Positions 12,086 through 24,115 of a stretch of 64,000 nucleotides of DNA are shown in pieces; the first letter of the stretch is position 1, and every line of letters starts with the position of its first letter. Both the position numbers and the translations under genes were made by a program. The DNA comes from Octopus bimaculoides (lineage: Eukaryota), in contig NC_069002.1 in assembly GCF_001194135.2 (NCBI RefSeq), positions 4,874,065 to 4,938,064 on the forward strand. Direction: 5' to 3'. The notes beneath the pieces are model-generated. The model was not told where the DNA came from. It was given only the letters and a program-made list of their open reading frames with translations, and searched no databases.

Positions 12086-12420
12086 CATGGTAGTAATACA
12101 TGGGCCCTAAATGCTGAGGACATGTGAAGATTAAAATGAAAGTAAGCTGGTATGTGCAATACTAGTGTGCATGTATGACTAAGAGCTGATGCACTGAGAG
12201 AAAAATTAGGCATAAGACGTATCAGATGATGTGTGCAAGAGAAAATACTGCACTGGTTTGGTGACTTGATGTGTATGGATGAGGACAGCTGCATAAAAAA
12301 AGTGCTGATTGCTGAAAGTGGGTGGAACTTGTGAAAGACATGGGACAAAGTAGCGAAAGGGGAAATGACAAAGGGCTGAGATAATTGGCAATTTGTTGTA
12401 CTCAAGAAGGCCCATCAATC
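12086..12420 (+). mobile_element. RTE-clade LINE ORF2 C-terminal fragment
   Basis: Translates with disruptions to HGSNTWALNAEDM*RL... and EKILHWFGDLMCMDEDSCIKKC, typical of RTE ORF2 C-termini (GSETW...RWFGHV.RM). Confidence 0.7.
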
Positions 12421-12719
12421 ACAGCAGAAAGGATATCCAAAAACTACCTTGGTTATGCTTGTACATGTGGGCCCCTGCCCCTGCCCCCTCCTCTGCTCTC
12501 TCTCTGCCCTTCGAGAAACAATCTTGCTCGAACTTGTGCTAGGGGAGTAACTTTCTAGGTGCAATCCCATGGTCATTCATGACCGAAGGGGGTCTTTACC
12601 CTTTAACCCCCTCTCAAATAAGAAACCCTTCCCATTCGGTTCAGGAAGTGTTTTCTTTTGTTTTTTTTCTTCTTTCCCCCTTTTCCTTCTTCAAGTTCTT
12701 TTCTTTCCTTGCTTTGCAA

Positions 12720-12930
12720 GTTAGTTGGCCACTTCACTAATGCTGGTGGCATGGAAAAAGCACCCAGTACACTCTGTAAATTGGTTGGCATTTACAAGAG
12801 CACCCAGCTGAAGAAACCATATCAAAGCTGACACTGGAACTCGGCATGGTCCTCGCAACTCACCAGATCCTCTCAATTCGTCTAACCCGTGCCAGCATGG
12901 AAAATGGACGTTAAATATTTATTGTTGCTG
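12720..12930 (+). mobile_element. Short RTE-tail retroelement family C (others at 9123-9290, 36540-36722, 37735-37925, 40880-41060, 41365-41532 and 44210-44340)
   Basis: AAAAGCACCCAGTACACTCTGTAAA..GGTTGGCATT...AACCCGTGCCAGCATGGAAAATGGACGTTAAA. Other copies end in (GAT)n. Confidence 0.7.
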
Positions 12931-15014
12931 ATATATATGTATATATTCTTTTATTCGCTTCAGCCATTCGGCTGGAGCGTCACCGTGTAAAAAATTTTAA
13001 AAAAAGGAAATTGAGATTTATCACATTTTCACAATATAGAAAATGTGAAATACGAAAAGATATAATCCCATCTCTGCAGAAAAAAACAAAACAAAAAAAA
13101 CAAAAAAACAGGAGAAAGTTCAATAAATAATTGATTTAATATTATTTATGTTTCATAGTTTTTACTTCAGATACTAAATAAAACGCTAAATTTCTTCTTC
13201 ATACGTGTGATGTCCATTATACATATCAGGTATTGCTTAATTAATGACTGAAAATATTGTTTAATTATTTTAACAATTGTTTACGGTTGCGGCATTTTCT
13301 CCCCTTATTCTTGTCCTGTTCTCCAAGAAAGGAAAAAACACCAGCAAAAACAAAAACAAAACACGTCAATAAGATAATTCCAATTTCTTTCACGCTATAA
13401 AAAATTTGGTTAATGTGACACAGTAAATTTATGTATCAGCGAATTAATTTCATCGGTGGCTGAACCAGTAAGAAGTCTTGCCAGTTAGTTTTGTCTCCTT
13501 CTTCCACCTGAGTTCGAATTCAACCGAAAATGACTCATTTTTTTCCGCAATCACTCATGGTGAAATATGATGTTTAAGCCTGATTGTTTGTGCCTTGTAA
13601 CTGTTATTTTTCTTAATAATAGGATCACAATTAGTCTTATACCTCGGTATATTTCGTAAAATATATTCTCTTATTTGTCAATATCGAATATACATTAAAA
13701 GCAGTGCATTTACGTTTTCAGTTCAAACCTCGCCAAAGTCGACACTAATTTTCGCTCCAGGATCGATGAAATAATTTTGAACTTACAAGTCACAGGGGAA
13801 AAAACATTATTTTCGTTAAAAATAAAATCACAAGAAAAAATGCCCTATTTAATTTAAATTCTATGTTGATTAAAGTAATAAAACAAATAAAAACAATCAC
13901 TATTTACTTTGGTAAATTATGTTCTTTTCGGATAATTAGAATTCCAGTCGAAAAAAAATTTTTTTTAATCATTTATTAATAATACACTTGCTAATTAATG
14001 TTGTAATTATGCACACAACTTCTACATTATGACAGCTCAAATGTAAAAAGAAAAAAAAAATGGCACGGCCAGCATCTTTTATCCTTTTACTTGTTTCNNN
14101 NNNNNNNNNNNNNNNNNNNNNNNNNNNNNNNNNNNNNNNNNNNNNNNNNNNNNNNNNNNNNNNNNNNNNNNNNNNNNNNNNNNNNNNNNNNNNNNNNNNN
14201 NNNNNNNNNNNNNNNNNNNNNNNNNNNNNNNNNNNNNNNNNNNNNNNNNNNNNNNNNNNNNNNNNNNNNNNNNNNNNNNNNNNNNNNNNNNNNNNNNNNN
14301 NNNNNNNNNNNNNNNNNNNNNNNNNNNNNNNNNNNNNNNNNNNNNNNNNNNNNNNNNNNNNNNNNNNNNNNNNNNNNNNNNNNNNNNNNNNNNNNNNNNN
14401 NNNNNNNNNNNNNNNNNNNNNNNNNNNNNNNNNNNNNNNNNNNNNNNNNNNNNNNNNNNNNNNNNNNNNNNNNNNNNNNNNNNNNNNNNNNNNNNNNNNN
14501 NNNNNNNNNNNNNNNNNNNNNNNNNNNNNNNNNNNNNNNNNNNNNNNNNNNNNNNNNNNNNNNNNNNNNNNNNNNNNNNNNNNNNNNNNNNNNNNNNNNN
14601 NNNNNNNNNNNNNNNNNNNNNNNNNNNNNNNNNNNNNNNNNNNNNNNNNNNNNNNNNNNNNNNNNNNNNNNNNNNNNNNNNNNNNNNNNNNNNNNNNNNN
14701 NNNNNNNNNNNNNNNNNNNNNNNNNNNNNNNNNNNNNNNNNNNNNNNNNNNNNNNNNNNNNNNNNNNNNNNNNNNNNNNNNNNNNNNNNNNNNNNNNNNN
14801 NNNNNNNNNNNNNNNNNNNNNNNNNNNNNNNNNNNNNNNNNNNNNNNNNNNNNNNNNNNNNTCTCTTCATTTTTCGTTCCCCCAAATTTGTACATAAAAT
14901 GTCTTAGCATCATTTGTAATTAAAATCCGAATCACCTATTTCTCATGTTTTTGTATATGTTTTAAAACACATTATTACTTCGTCTAAAATTTACCATTAA
15001 TATATTTTAGCATT

Positions 15015-15215
15015 AAGACGGCGATGTGGCAGAATTGTTATCATGCCGGGCGAAATGCTTAGCGGTATTTCGTCTGTCTTCGTGTTCTGAGTTCAAATTT
15101 CGCCGAAGTCGACTTTACCGTTCATCCTTTCGGGGTCAATATGCATTGGGGTCGATGTAATCGACTTACTCCTCCCCCGAAATTGCTGGCGTTGTGCTAA
15201 AATTTGAAATCAATA
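15015..15215 (+). mobile_element. SINE family B, immediately upstream of a family A copy
   Basis: AAGACGGCGATGTGGCAGAATTGTT...GTTCAAATTTCGCCGAAGTCGACTTT...CAAAATTTGAAATCAAT-like end. Confidence 0.8.
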
Positions 15216-15239
15216 TGTTTCATCAATAATTTTAGACGT

Positions 15240-15555
15240 AGGCTAGCTGTGTGGTCAAGAAGTTTGATTTCGAACTACATGGTTCCGGGTTCAGTTCCAG
15301 AGTATGTTTTTTGGGCAAGTGCCTTCTTCTCGGGCCGACCAAATCCTTGTGAGTAGGTTTGGTTGACGGAAAGTGTGTGTGTGTCTTTGTTTACGTCTCG
15401 GTGTTGGTTTGTTTATATCCTGTAACTTAGCGGCTCGGCAACAAGAATAAGTACCAGCCTTAAAAAGAAATAAGTTTGTGGTCGATTTGTTCGACAAATG
15501 CTTCAAGGCGATGCCCCAGCATGGCCGCAATCCAATACCTGAAACATGTAAAAGA
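15240..15555 (+). mobile_element. tRNA-derived SINE family A (A1 tail)
   Basis: A-box-like GCTGTGTGGT and B-box-like GGTTCAGTTCC, then TTGGGCAAGTG...GACCAAA..CTTGTGAGT...GTAACTTAGCGG...CCAGCATGGCCGCA. Many copies occur in the window. Confidence 0.8.
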
Positions 15556-18187
15556 CATAAGATACGTTTCGAAATACAATGTTACTTTCAGAGCAAACAG
15601 CCATTATTATATTTCAGTTTTATTCTTATTTACAAAACACAAAGAAAAAAATCGCTTAACATAAACGGAAAAAGTCGAACACAAAACAATAAAAACAAAA
15701 AAGAAACAATGGAACTCTTTCAATGTGACAAGACAATGGAAATAATTTCCTAAACAACGTCTGCTCCCTTATTACAACACGTGACTACCAAAGACAGAGA
15801 AAGACAATGTGGAAGACGGTGTTAATTTTTACACAACATTTTAAACCAGTTAACGACGTTAATTATTAGTTTTATAAGAAGTATTTCATTTATTGAGTTT
15901 CAGTAACACAGACATACATTTTATATATTCTCTTATGTTTGTTCGAGCCGTGTTTTAAGTAAAAGCATAGAAATTAATGCATCGAAGTCTGTCGTTCATG
16001 TCTCGTTTACCTCCCTTACACATAACGAACGCTCCCTTCAACGTCCGCTTCATTTCACTTCCTGTTCAATGACATTTTTTTATTAAAGGAGCGTTTATCG
16101 CCTCTTTGTTTATTAATCAGAAAATCCTCGAGTTTACAGTTGTAGAAGTGTCAATCGTCGCACACATTTAACATTTGTAAACCACTAATTAATAATGATA
16201 TGGGACTACCGTCTGAGGTCCTCTACACGTAACAACCAGATGAAAACTGCAGAAAATGGTAGGGAGTGTTCCTTTCCTTAAATTTCACATTCTCTCCTCA
16301 CTATCAACGACCTCTTTGTTCATTGGTCTATCAATGTTCTTTTGTTTATCTCTTTATTTTTTATCATCACAATTGTTCTCCTCGTTAACTTATGTTATTT
16401 GTGACAGTGGTTAATTATAAACCTTAACGTCACTCTTACATGGTGCGTGACTTTAATTGTCTCCCTTTAACCGCTTCTAAACCTCTTAAACTCGGACAAT
16501 CACCGCTCCCTTGGTCAGCAAGTTGCGCGCTTAAAATTAAAACTCTTGCAAATATCATCGACTTTTTAACTTTTTTTTTTTTTTAAATGTCATTCCAGCC
16601 ATCAAATAAACCCTGTGTAAGACTTACAGTAGTTTTAAATCCGTATTCTAAACTAAACTGATCGATCGAAATACGCAACGGGTTTAAATGTTGTCAAAGT
16701 TTAAAAAACATATACTATGAAAAATTTATTGAACGAAAATCCTTTAAAACTCTTTTTCCATTTACATTATTTCTCTCTCTCTATTCNNNNNNNNNNNNNN
16801 NNNNNNNNNNNNNNNNNNNNNNNNNNNNNNNNNNNNNNNNNNNNNNNNNNNNNNNNNNNNNNNNNNNNNNNNNNNNNNNNNNNNNNNNNNNNNNNNNNNN
16901 NNNNNNNNNNNNNNNNNNNNNNNNNNNNNNNNNNNNNNNNNNNNNNNNNNNNNNNNNNNNNNNNNNNNNNNNNNNNNNNNNNNNNNNNNNNNNNNNNNNN
17001 NNNNNNNNNNNNNNNNNNNNNNNNNNNNNNNNNNNNNNNNNNNNNNNNNNNNNNNNNNNNNNNNNNNNNNNNNNNNNNNNNNNNNNNNNNNNNNNNNNNN
17101 NNNNNNNNNNNNNNNNNNNNNNNNNNNNNNNNNNNNNNNNNNNNNNNNNNNNNNNNNNNNNNNNNNNNNNNNNNNNNNNNNNNNNNNNNNNNNNNNNNNN
17201 NNNNNNNNNNNNNNNNNNNNNNNNNNNNNNNNNNNNNNNNNNNNNNNNNNNNNNNNNNNNNNNNNNNNNNNNNNNNNNNNNNNNNNNNNNNNNNNNNNNN
17301 NNNNNNNNNNNNNNNNNNNNNNNNNNNNNNNNNNNNNNNNNNNNNNNNNNNNNNNNNNNNNNNNNNNNNNNNNNNNNNNNNNNNNNNNNNNNNNNNNNNN
17401 NNNNNNNNNNNNNNNNNNNNNNNNNNNNNNNNNNNNNNNNNNNNNNNNNNNNNNNNNNNNNNNNNNNNNNNNNNNNNNNNNNNNNNNNNNNNNNNNNNNN
17501 NNNNNNNNNNNNNNNNNNNNNNNNNNNNNNNNNNNNNNNNNNNNNNNNNNNNNATTTAAGATCGGAAAGTAGCAGTAGTTTAACGTTTTTAATTTTCTTT
17601 CATGGATCTTGTTAAATTTCTTTCAACTACTATATTATTTTCAAAAATTGTAATTATGATGTAGTTTTGTATGCTGATGTCGAAAATCGCATTCATTTTC
17701 CGCCTTAGAAATCAAGTTACAGGCATTTAAAACAAGCGGGTGAAAATTTGAAAAACTTCAAGTGGTTGGAAGAGATCTAACCAGGTTCTCTTTCTAAAAT
17801 AAGTATATAATATATTTATATATATATATCGTTGCTAAGCCAACCTGTGAAGCGTAGCACAGGGGTGAAGGGGAAAAAATAATAATAAACCTTGTGCTAC
17901 GAAAGAAAAGCAGTATTATATCTGACATTAATATTCTATATTTGCTTTTTTCCTTCTCCCCCCATCAGCAAGCAATTATTCCTTATTAGCTCTTGTTTAA
18001 TAGAGCTTGCATTAAAATTAAACGTCGGCACTAACTTAAAACTATTTAAGAAAGACCCCAAAAATAATAATAAGGCTGCATGAAACCAAGTTTTTTTTTT
18101 GTCCTTTCCTCTTTCATTACAAAAGAGAAAGCAACGACATGGTTTCTGGATTTGATTTGATTTTATTTCCCAGCAATCCGTATCAAA

Positions 18188-18230
18188 TGACGTCACATGA
18201 TTCCACTTCTGGCCTGAGTGCGCCATTTTG
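18188..18230 (+). promoter_or_regulatory. Probable core promoter of PPP2R2: CRE, E/M-box, ETS-like and YY1 motifs
   Basis: TGACGTCA (18188-18195) overlaps GTCACATGA (18192-18200), followed by CACTTCTGG and CGCCATTTT (18221-18229). These lie 135-180 nt upstream of the ATG in CpG-retaining sequence. The TSS itself is not determined. Confidence 0.6.
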
Positions 18231-18365
18231 AAATGTCGATGGTAGGGGTAATAGTTATTCCTTTACCATCGTAGGTCTGCCATTTACGGTTCCTACATTA
18301 TTTTACTAACCACAGCCACTTCCCTTCTCCTACTGTTGGATAGTACAATTATTTCTCCGTTTACG

Positions 18366-18372
18366 ATGGCGG
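18366..18372 (+). CDS. PPP2R2: PP2A B55 regulatory subunit, coding exon 1 (ATG GCG G; M-A-G)
   Basis: ACG ATG GCG G|GTAAGG: ATG followed by a strong phase-1 donor. It joins in frame to exon 2 to give MAGNGGEIQWCFSQVKG. Human PPP2R2A also has a 7-nt first coding exon (ATGGCAG), from recall. Confidence 0.85.
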
Positions 18373-19386
18373 GTAAGGAAGCTAACTTGTAACATTCATT
18401 AGGCTCTTTACGCGATGTTCGCCTCTTCTCATTTCTTCTTTCTCTTCGTCTCTCTGTTCTCTCTGTCTATCTCTTGACGCATGAGCATAAGGATATCGAT
18501 GTACATTTCATGTATGTATATACATATATCGATGTATGCATATGAAACATAAATGGATATGTCTATATTAATATATACATACATGTCGTATATGCATATA
18601 CATTAAAGTACACACACACATGTCTGTATGTGTGTGTGTGTGTGTGTGTAGCTTTGCATCTGACAATGTATGTGTATAGTTATACTGTTTGTGTATGTGT
18701 ATATGTACACACACACCTGTGTATATATACACTCACACCTGTGTATATATGTGTAACTCTATAGCTATGCATGTATATATATAATATATATAGCTATACA
18801 TCTTTTTCTATGTGTGTGTGTGTACGGTTTTACATCTGTGTATATTCATAATCTGTATAGCTGTATGTTTGTGTGTGTATGTATGCACATATATGTATAT
18901 CTTTATATTTGTGTATGTATATATAGACCTAAAGGTTTATACACATATATATATGGAAAGCTATATATATAGCTTTATACCTGTGTATATCGATGTATAG
19001 CTTTACATCGATGTGTTGTCTCTCTAGACATACACACCTTTACATCGATGTACGTATATATGTGTATATGGTGGTACATCAATGCATATATCTCTGCATA
19101 TCTGAGTGTAAGCATGTATAATATGCGAAAATATCCGTGTCTGCAAGTATGTAAGCAAAGTTTTACATCTGATGTAAGAGTGTGTATGTATGTGTGTATA
19201 CACACATGTAAAAATCCATTCATACACACACACACACACATAGACAATCGTATGTATATATATATGTGTGTGTTTATATAACTTGGTGCATGTGTACGCA
19301 TATAAGCGCACGCGTGTGTATGTCTGCATGCATGTTTGTGTGTATTTGTATAGCTATGTATGAACAGCTATGCATACATGTCTATT

Positions 19387-19456
<70 letters not shown>

Positions 19457-19674
19457 TATATATCATCGATTTTACATCAGTTTTTCCTTTGAGGCTGTTT
19501 TATGTCTGAATGCCCTTCTTGACTGCAATGATACAATGCATTTATTTTAAAATCTGGGATGCTCACGGTATAATATTCATTATTTGTCTGTGCAAACCTA
19601 CATAGATCTATACATACATGTATGCATATATTTGTCTGTAACCTATACACATACACTCACTCATCTGTGTGTGT

Positions 19675-20060
19675 GTGCTGAGGCATGTCTGTGTGGTTAA
19701 GAAGCTCAGTTCCCAACCACTTGGTTCAGTCCTACTGTGTGCCACCTTTGGCAAGTGTCTTCTACTATACCTCTGGGGTAACCAAAGTAATGTAAATGGA
19801 TTTGATTGACAAACTAAAAGAAGCCCTTTGTGTGTTTGTGTGTGTGTGACTTGATATCTTGTGAGTGTTGTATGCAAGGGTCACCAGCATTCAGGCAGTG
19901 TCCTTCATTTCTAATCTTACATCAAATGAAAACCTGTCCAGCTGCAGGGAAAATATCACTTTACTTGGAAGCAAGTGAGAACTGATCACAAGAAGGATAT
20001 CCATCCAGCCATAGAACATCTGCCTCAACAAATTCTGTCTGGCCTATGCAAGCATGTGAT
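19675..20060 (+). mobile_element. SINE family A2 (family A tRNA head plus alternative body)
   Basis: A-type head (CTGTGTGGTTAAGAAG...CCTTTGGCAAGTGTCTTCTACTATA) followed by the body ATCTGCCTCAACAAATTC also seen at 30330, 37380 and 47295. Confidence 0.7.
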
Positions 20061-20124
20061 ATACAACGATATACAATGTCAGTATGTAACCTATAAACAT
20101 AACATACATCTTTGTCTTTTGTAG

Positions 20125-20193
20125 GTAATGGTGGGGAGATCCAGTGGTGTTTTTCTCAAGTGAAAGGTACCATAGAGGAAGATATCACTGAAG
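20125..20193 (+). CDS. PPP2R2: PP2A B55 regulatory subunit, coding exon 2 ((G)NGGEIQWCFSQVKGTIEEDITE(A))
   Basis: Acceptor TTTGTCTTTTGTAG|, donor GAAG|GTAGGT, 69 nt, phase 1-1. The peptide matches the conserved B55 N-terminal WCFSQ[VI]KG motif. It is absent from the ORF track. Confidence 0.95.
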
Positions 20194-20249
20194 GTAGGTG
20201 CTATTACATGATTTTGTTTCATTTTTCTTTATACACAGCACTAGCAACC

Positions 20250-23200
20250 TGACCGGTTTCATGACCTTTAGTGTTTCTTGTTACTGTTGTTGTGTTACAT
20301 ATCTTGGGTCACTTTGTCTAGATGTGGTAGTTCTCATTAATACAAGGATCTCAGAGATGCGCTTATTTGCCCTCTGCCAGCTATAAAGGTTTATGCTATC
20401 TTCAGTTAGTCCTGATTGAATAGCATTGCAGTTCTGTTTCAGAATGGTCTTGATCTGGAGGCAAGTACACTTTTCCAAGTCCTGTTTAAGTTGATGGTCC
20501 TGGATATGAATAGCAGTGAAGGTCATTGCATGTTTTCATTAAGGGCTGTTTACTGACTGGGGGATTTCTTTAGATGCTGAAAGACATTTCTTTGAAACTC
20601 CTGTTTATCAGTGTTTCCTAGCTATTGGAATGGTATTTCGCTCATATATGTTGAAGTAGCTGTTAGGAAAGTGCAGAATCCACTCAAACTTGCTTCAACA
20701 GTTCCAGTTGTCACCTGGGTATCACCTGAATTTCCCTAATGCATTTCTGGATTTGGACAAACTGTAGCAGGTGATCTATATTGTATTTAAATTTTCATTT
20801 GACTTACTGATAATTGCAATATAAATTGTCCATAATGCCAGTTAGTTGGCTATGCTGACCACAAACTTTGGGACTTGACTGTCAACCGAGGCAAAACTAA
20901 TAGAAAGGGATCTGGTTACTGGAAGCTAGCTGCATGTTTTGTGACAAACATTTCAAGAACTAGATTAGCAGACTTTTTAAGTGGGGAGTACTGACAAGGA
21001 CTGTCATCAGGTCATCACCAACAACAGGTGGTGAGTCTTACTTATGAGAAAAATTATTGGAATCTGTTAGTTTTAGAAAAGTTGGTAGTTATAGAGAACA
21101 GGAGAGCAGTAGTGTAGCTATAGGATGGAAGGACGAGGAAGCACTTTGGGGTTTACTGTGTAAACGGTGGAGGGAGAGCAAATTCAAGAGGTTTGCTGTG
21201 AAAGCCTGTATAAGGGCATAGGGTCAGCAAATTCAAGGGCTGTCCTGGCAATTAAGGAGGAGCTAATCAATCAATTAGAAGAGATTCATAGAAAAGGCAT
21301 TGCAAACACTGTTCTAGTAGCAAGTACAGCCAATGACCATTTCTTCATGGAACATGAAGGATATATTTGTGCTGGGGTGTTTTAGCTGAGAGAAGGGGAT
21401 GAAAGGCATTTGATGTGCCTTGGTATCAAGAAGGGCAGTGTGAAAAAAACAAAAGACAAAACAAAACATGTTCATCTTCGACTAACTGCAATGGGCATTG
21501 CTTCTTTGATTCCAAGCACGTTTTTTTACTTTGCCAAACTGTTTTGTGAGGAGTGATAAGTGAAGGTGGTGGACATTGATACCTCTCTTGACAGTCTCCA
21601 GCGAATCTCATCTGAACATGTAGAGTACTGCAAAAAGCTGATTTCGGCAAGCAAAATAGGAGATAGTTTGAACTGCTCTGCCAGGCTAGATGACTCTGTC
21701 TTGTAATAAAATTTATTACATGTCTGGCTTGCATGCTGCTACTGTTTGGTCTACTAAAACTGGCAGTAATTGGAAAGATTCTCAGCCAGGTGAGTTGACG
21801 GAGGGTTGAAACAAGAGGAACATATAAAAACAAAACAGCTTTGGGTCCATAACTCAAACTAAACACAGATTATAGCAAAGGTAATTGTCAAAAGTGAGGT
21901 TGGTATTTGCAGTTGGAGACAAATTTATGCTTTCCCTAGGAAATCTATGCCTGACAATGTCTACCTTGTGCAAAACCTCATAAAATGAGTCAGGAATACA
22001 TCTGGTTTTGGTGGGTTCTTGATCAATTTAGATCAATCTAAAGCTTATAACAAGATTAAACCTTTGCTACTTGGGGGCTTTCCTAAATGCAGCTGGTTTC
22101 ACTTTCATCTTCTGAGCCTAGATCGCTACAATGTGTAGCATCATCTGTTTGGTAGTTAAACTAAATGGTCACTTATCTAACCCCTTTTTCTCTTTTTTTT
22201 ATTTTGTTTGCATCATGTGCTAGGTCTGTCAAGGGTCCCCTATTTCCTTTCTCCTGAATGTTTTGGTGCTTGAGCCATTGCTGCAGAAATTTGAGATGTT
22301 TAGGAGCTTCTTGCTTGAGCTGTGTGTGTATATGCAGATATCACCATTCTTTGTACCAGACTTGTTGGTATTTGAGTTGGTAGGCACCATACAGGAGGTG
22401 TACAGTGAGATCACAAGACGCACATTAATTGTGGGGAAAATTGTGGACTGGCAGCTCAGCAGCTAGAGATGCAATATTTTGTAGGCTTGTGGCATCTGTC
22501 ACTGGTCTGAGTATCTGGTTAAGGTGCTTGGAGTTTGGTTGCAGACCAGATCTTTTGAATGATAAAGGGCTAAAATAGGTTGTAAACAAGGTAACCACTC
22601 ACACTCAGAAATGGGTTGAGTGGAAGCTGTTGCATTTGAAAGTTAAAGCAGTAGTGGCTAATACTCTCATCACTTTGGTGTACAACCACTTGAGTGTTGT
22701 ACTTTGTTCAAACAAAATGCTACTACAGTAGAGTGTGTTCTCTTTCACTTCATGCGAAAGGGTCAAGTTCTGCTGGTCAAGAGATCTGTCTGACGCTAGC
22801 AACAAGTCCAGGAAGTTTCAGGATGCTGTGGTTAGTGATGTGTAGGCACATGTTAAAGCTCATCTCCTTGATTAGGCTGTAATCTTGGTTTAAACACACT
22901 GAGCTTGAGCTTTTGGCATCTAAAATGTTGCATGGGGCTCCTTGCACTCTTTGCCAGCCAAAGCAATGTGGTCAACAGAGCAAGTACTGATTTCTATAGA
23001 AGATTAATGGAGGATATAAGCAATGATGGTTTGGGAATGACTTGAACTCTGTTACACGGGACACTGTTTAGGACAGATGCTCAAGACTTAAAACTCTTCG
23101 CAACTAAAGTTGTCTGAGATGTTTGGAAATGAAACCGTTTTGCACGCTATCAATCAGAGTACATGGATGGCAGGTTTGTAAGCTTGTGTCAAGTAATTTG

Positions 23201-23450
23201 CTGTCATATACATGAAGGACAGATCTGGCTATCAGCTGAGTCTATGGCGAAGATTGGTAATTTTCTTCTGCCTGGTGATTACATCAAAAGAAGATTTTTG
23301 GTGGATGTGCTTAGTAAGCTAGATTAAGGACAAGGTTTCCCTCGGAGACATTGCCTAGCAGTGTGTGTGTGAATAAAGGGTGTGGGAGAGCTTCTAGATT
23401 GAAGTGTCACACTAAACCAGGTATTCTATGTGGTATGTTCCAAATTAACC
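20250..23450 (+). mobile_element. Decayed non-LTR retrotransposon (L1/Tx1-type) ORF2 remnant in intron 2
   Basis: Colinear degenerate motifs: GYADHKL (20848, endonuclease SDH-like), RKGSGYWKL (20902-20928), LINLDQSKAYNKI (22019-22057, RT3), VCQGSPISFLLNVLVLEPLLQK (from 22224, RT4) and VYADITIL (22328-22351, YADD-like). Many stops and frameshifts; boundaries approximate. Confidence 0.8.
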
Positions 23451-23599
23451 TGGGTGGATTTCCTCTCTGATCTTTTTCTAGTTGATGTTACCGTTTTGTT
23501 TTCACTTTCATTTTACTCATTACACCCACTCGCTTTTTTCTTTCTCTCTGTAATTTCGTCCTTGTATTGTTCCTACATCTTAGGGTCCTTTGGTTCGAA

Positions 23600-24115
23600 G
23601 CCAGGACAGATAGAGGCCTTTCATCCTTGCAGGACCGAAAACTAACAAGTACCGGTCAAATATTGGGGTCGATTTAATCGACTAACCCTCCCCTAAACGT
23701 CTTATCTCCTAACTTATGGCCGAATCGTTAGCGTGTTGAACAGAATAGATCAATTTCGGTTGAGATCGTCTTTACTCGTCATGCCTCGGGGGTCGGTAAA
23801 ATAAAGTACTAGTTAAAGTACTAACGTCGGTTTTAATCATCTATCCCCTCCTCTCAAAATTACTGGCCTTGTGCTTGAATTAGAAACAATTATCGAGGGT
23901 GGTGGATAGGCAGAATTGTTACAGCGTCGGACAAAATTGCCGTGACTGAATTCCTTCCGGGTTCAAATCTCACCGAAGTTAACTTTTACTTTTTCATCCA
24001 CCCAGATTCGATAAAATAAAGTACCTGTCCCAAGCCTCGGCTTGGTCGATTTCACAGACTAACCCACTCCACCCTCAAAAACTGCTGGTTTTTGCACCTA
24101 AATTTAAAACCAATC
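23600..24115 (+). mobile_element. Three head-to-tail SINE family B copies or fragments
   Basis: The AAAGTAC...GTCGATTT...CCCTC...AAA...GAAAC(C)AAT 3' module recurs at about 23650, 23810 and 24020. Confidence 0.7.

Noticed and set aside
13969-14923. Long ORFs here and at 338-1152, 16717-17559, 30733-31860, 58078-58506, 62162-62470 and 63274-63855
   Set aside because: They are open only because they cross N-gaps.
15240-15320. tRNA-like A/B boxes as tRNA genes
   Set aside because: They are degenerate, lack a complete cloverleaf, and always continue into SINE bodies.
7209-16032. Identical 13-mer ACATAACGAACGC at 7209-7221 and 16020-16032
   Set aside because: Tens of chance 13-mer matches are expected in about 60 kb (roughly N^2/2/4^13), so it is not significant alone.
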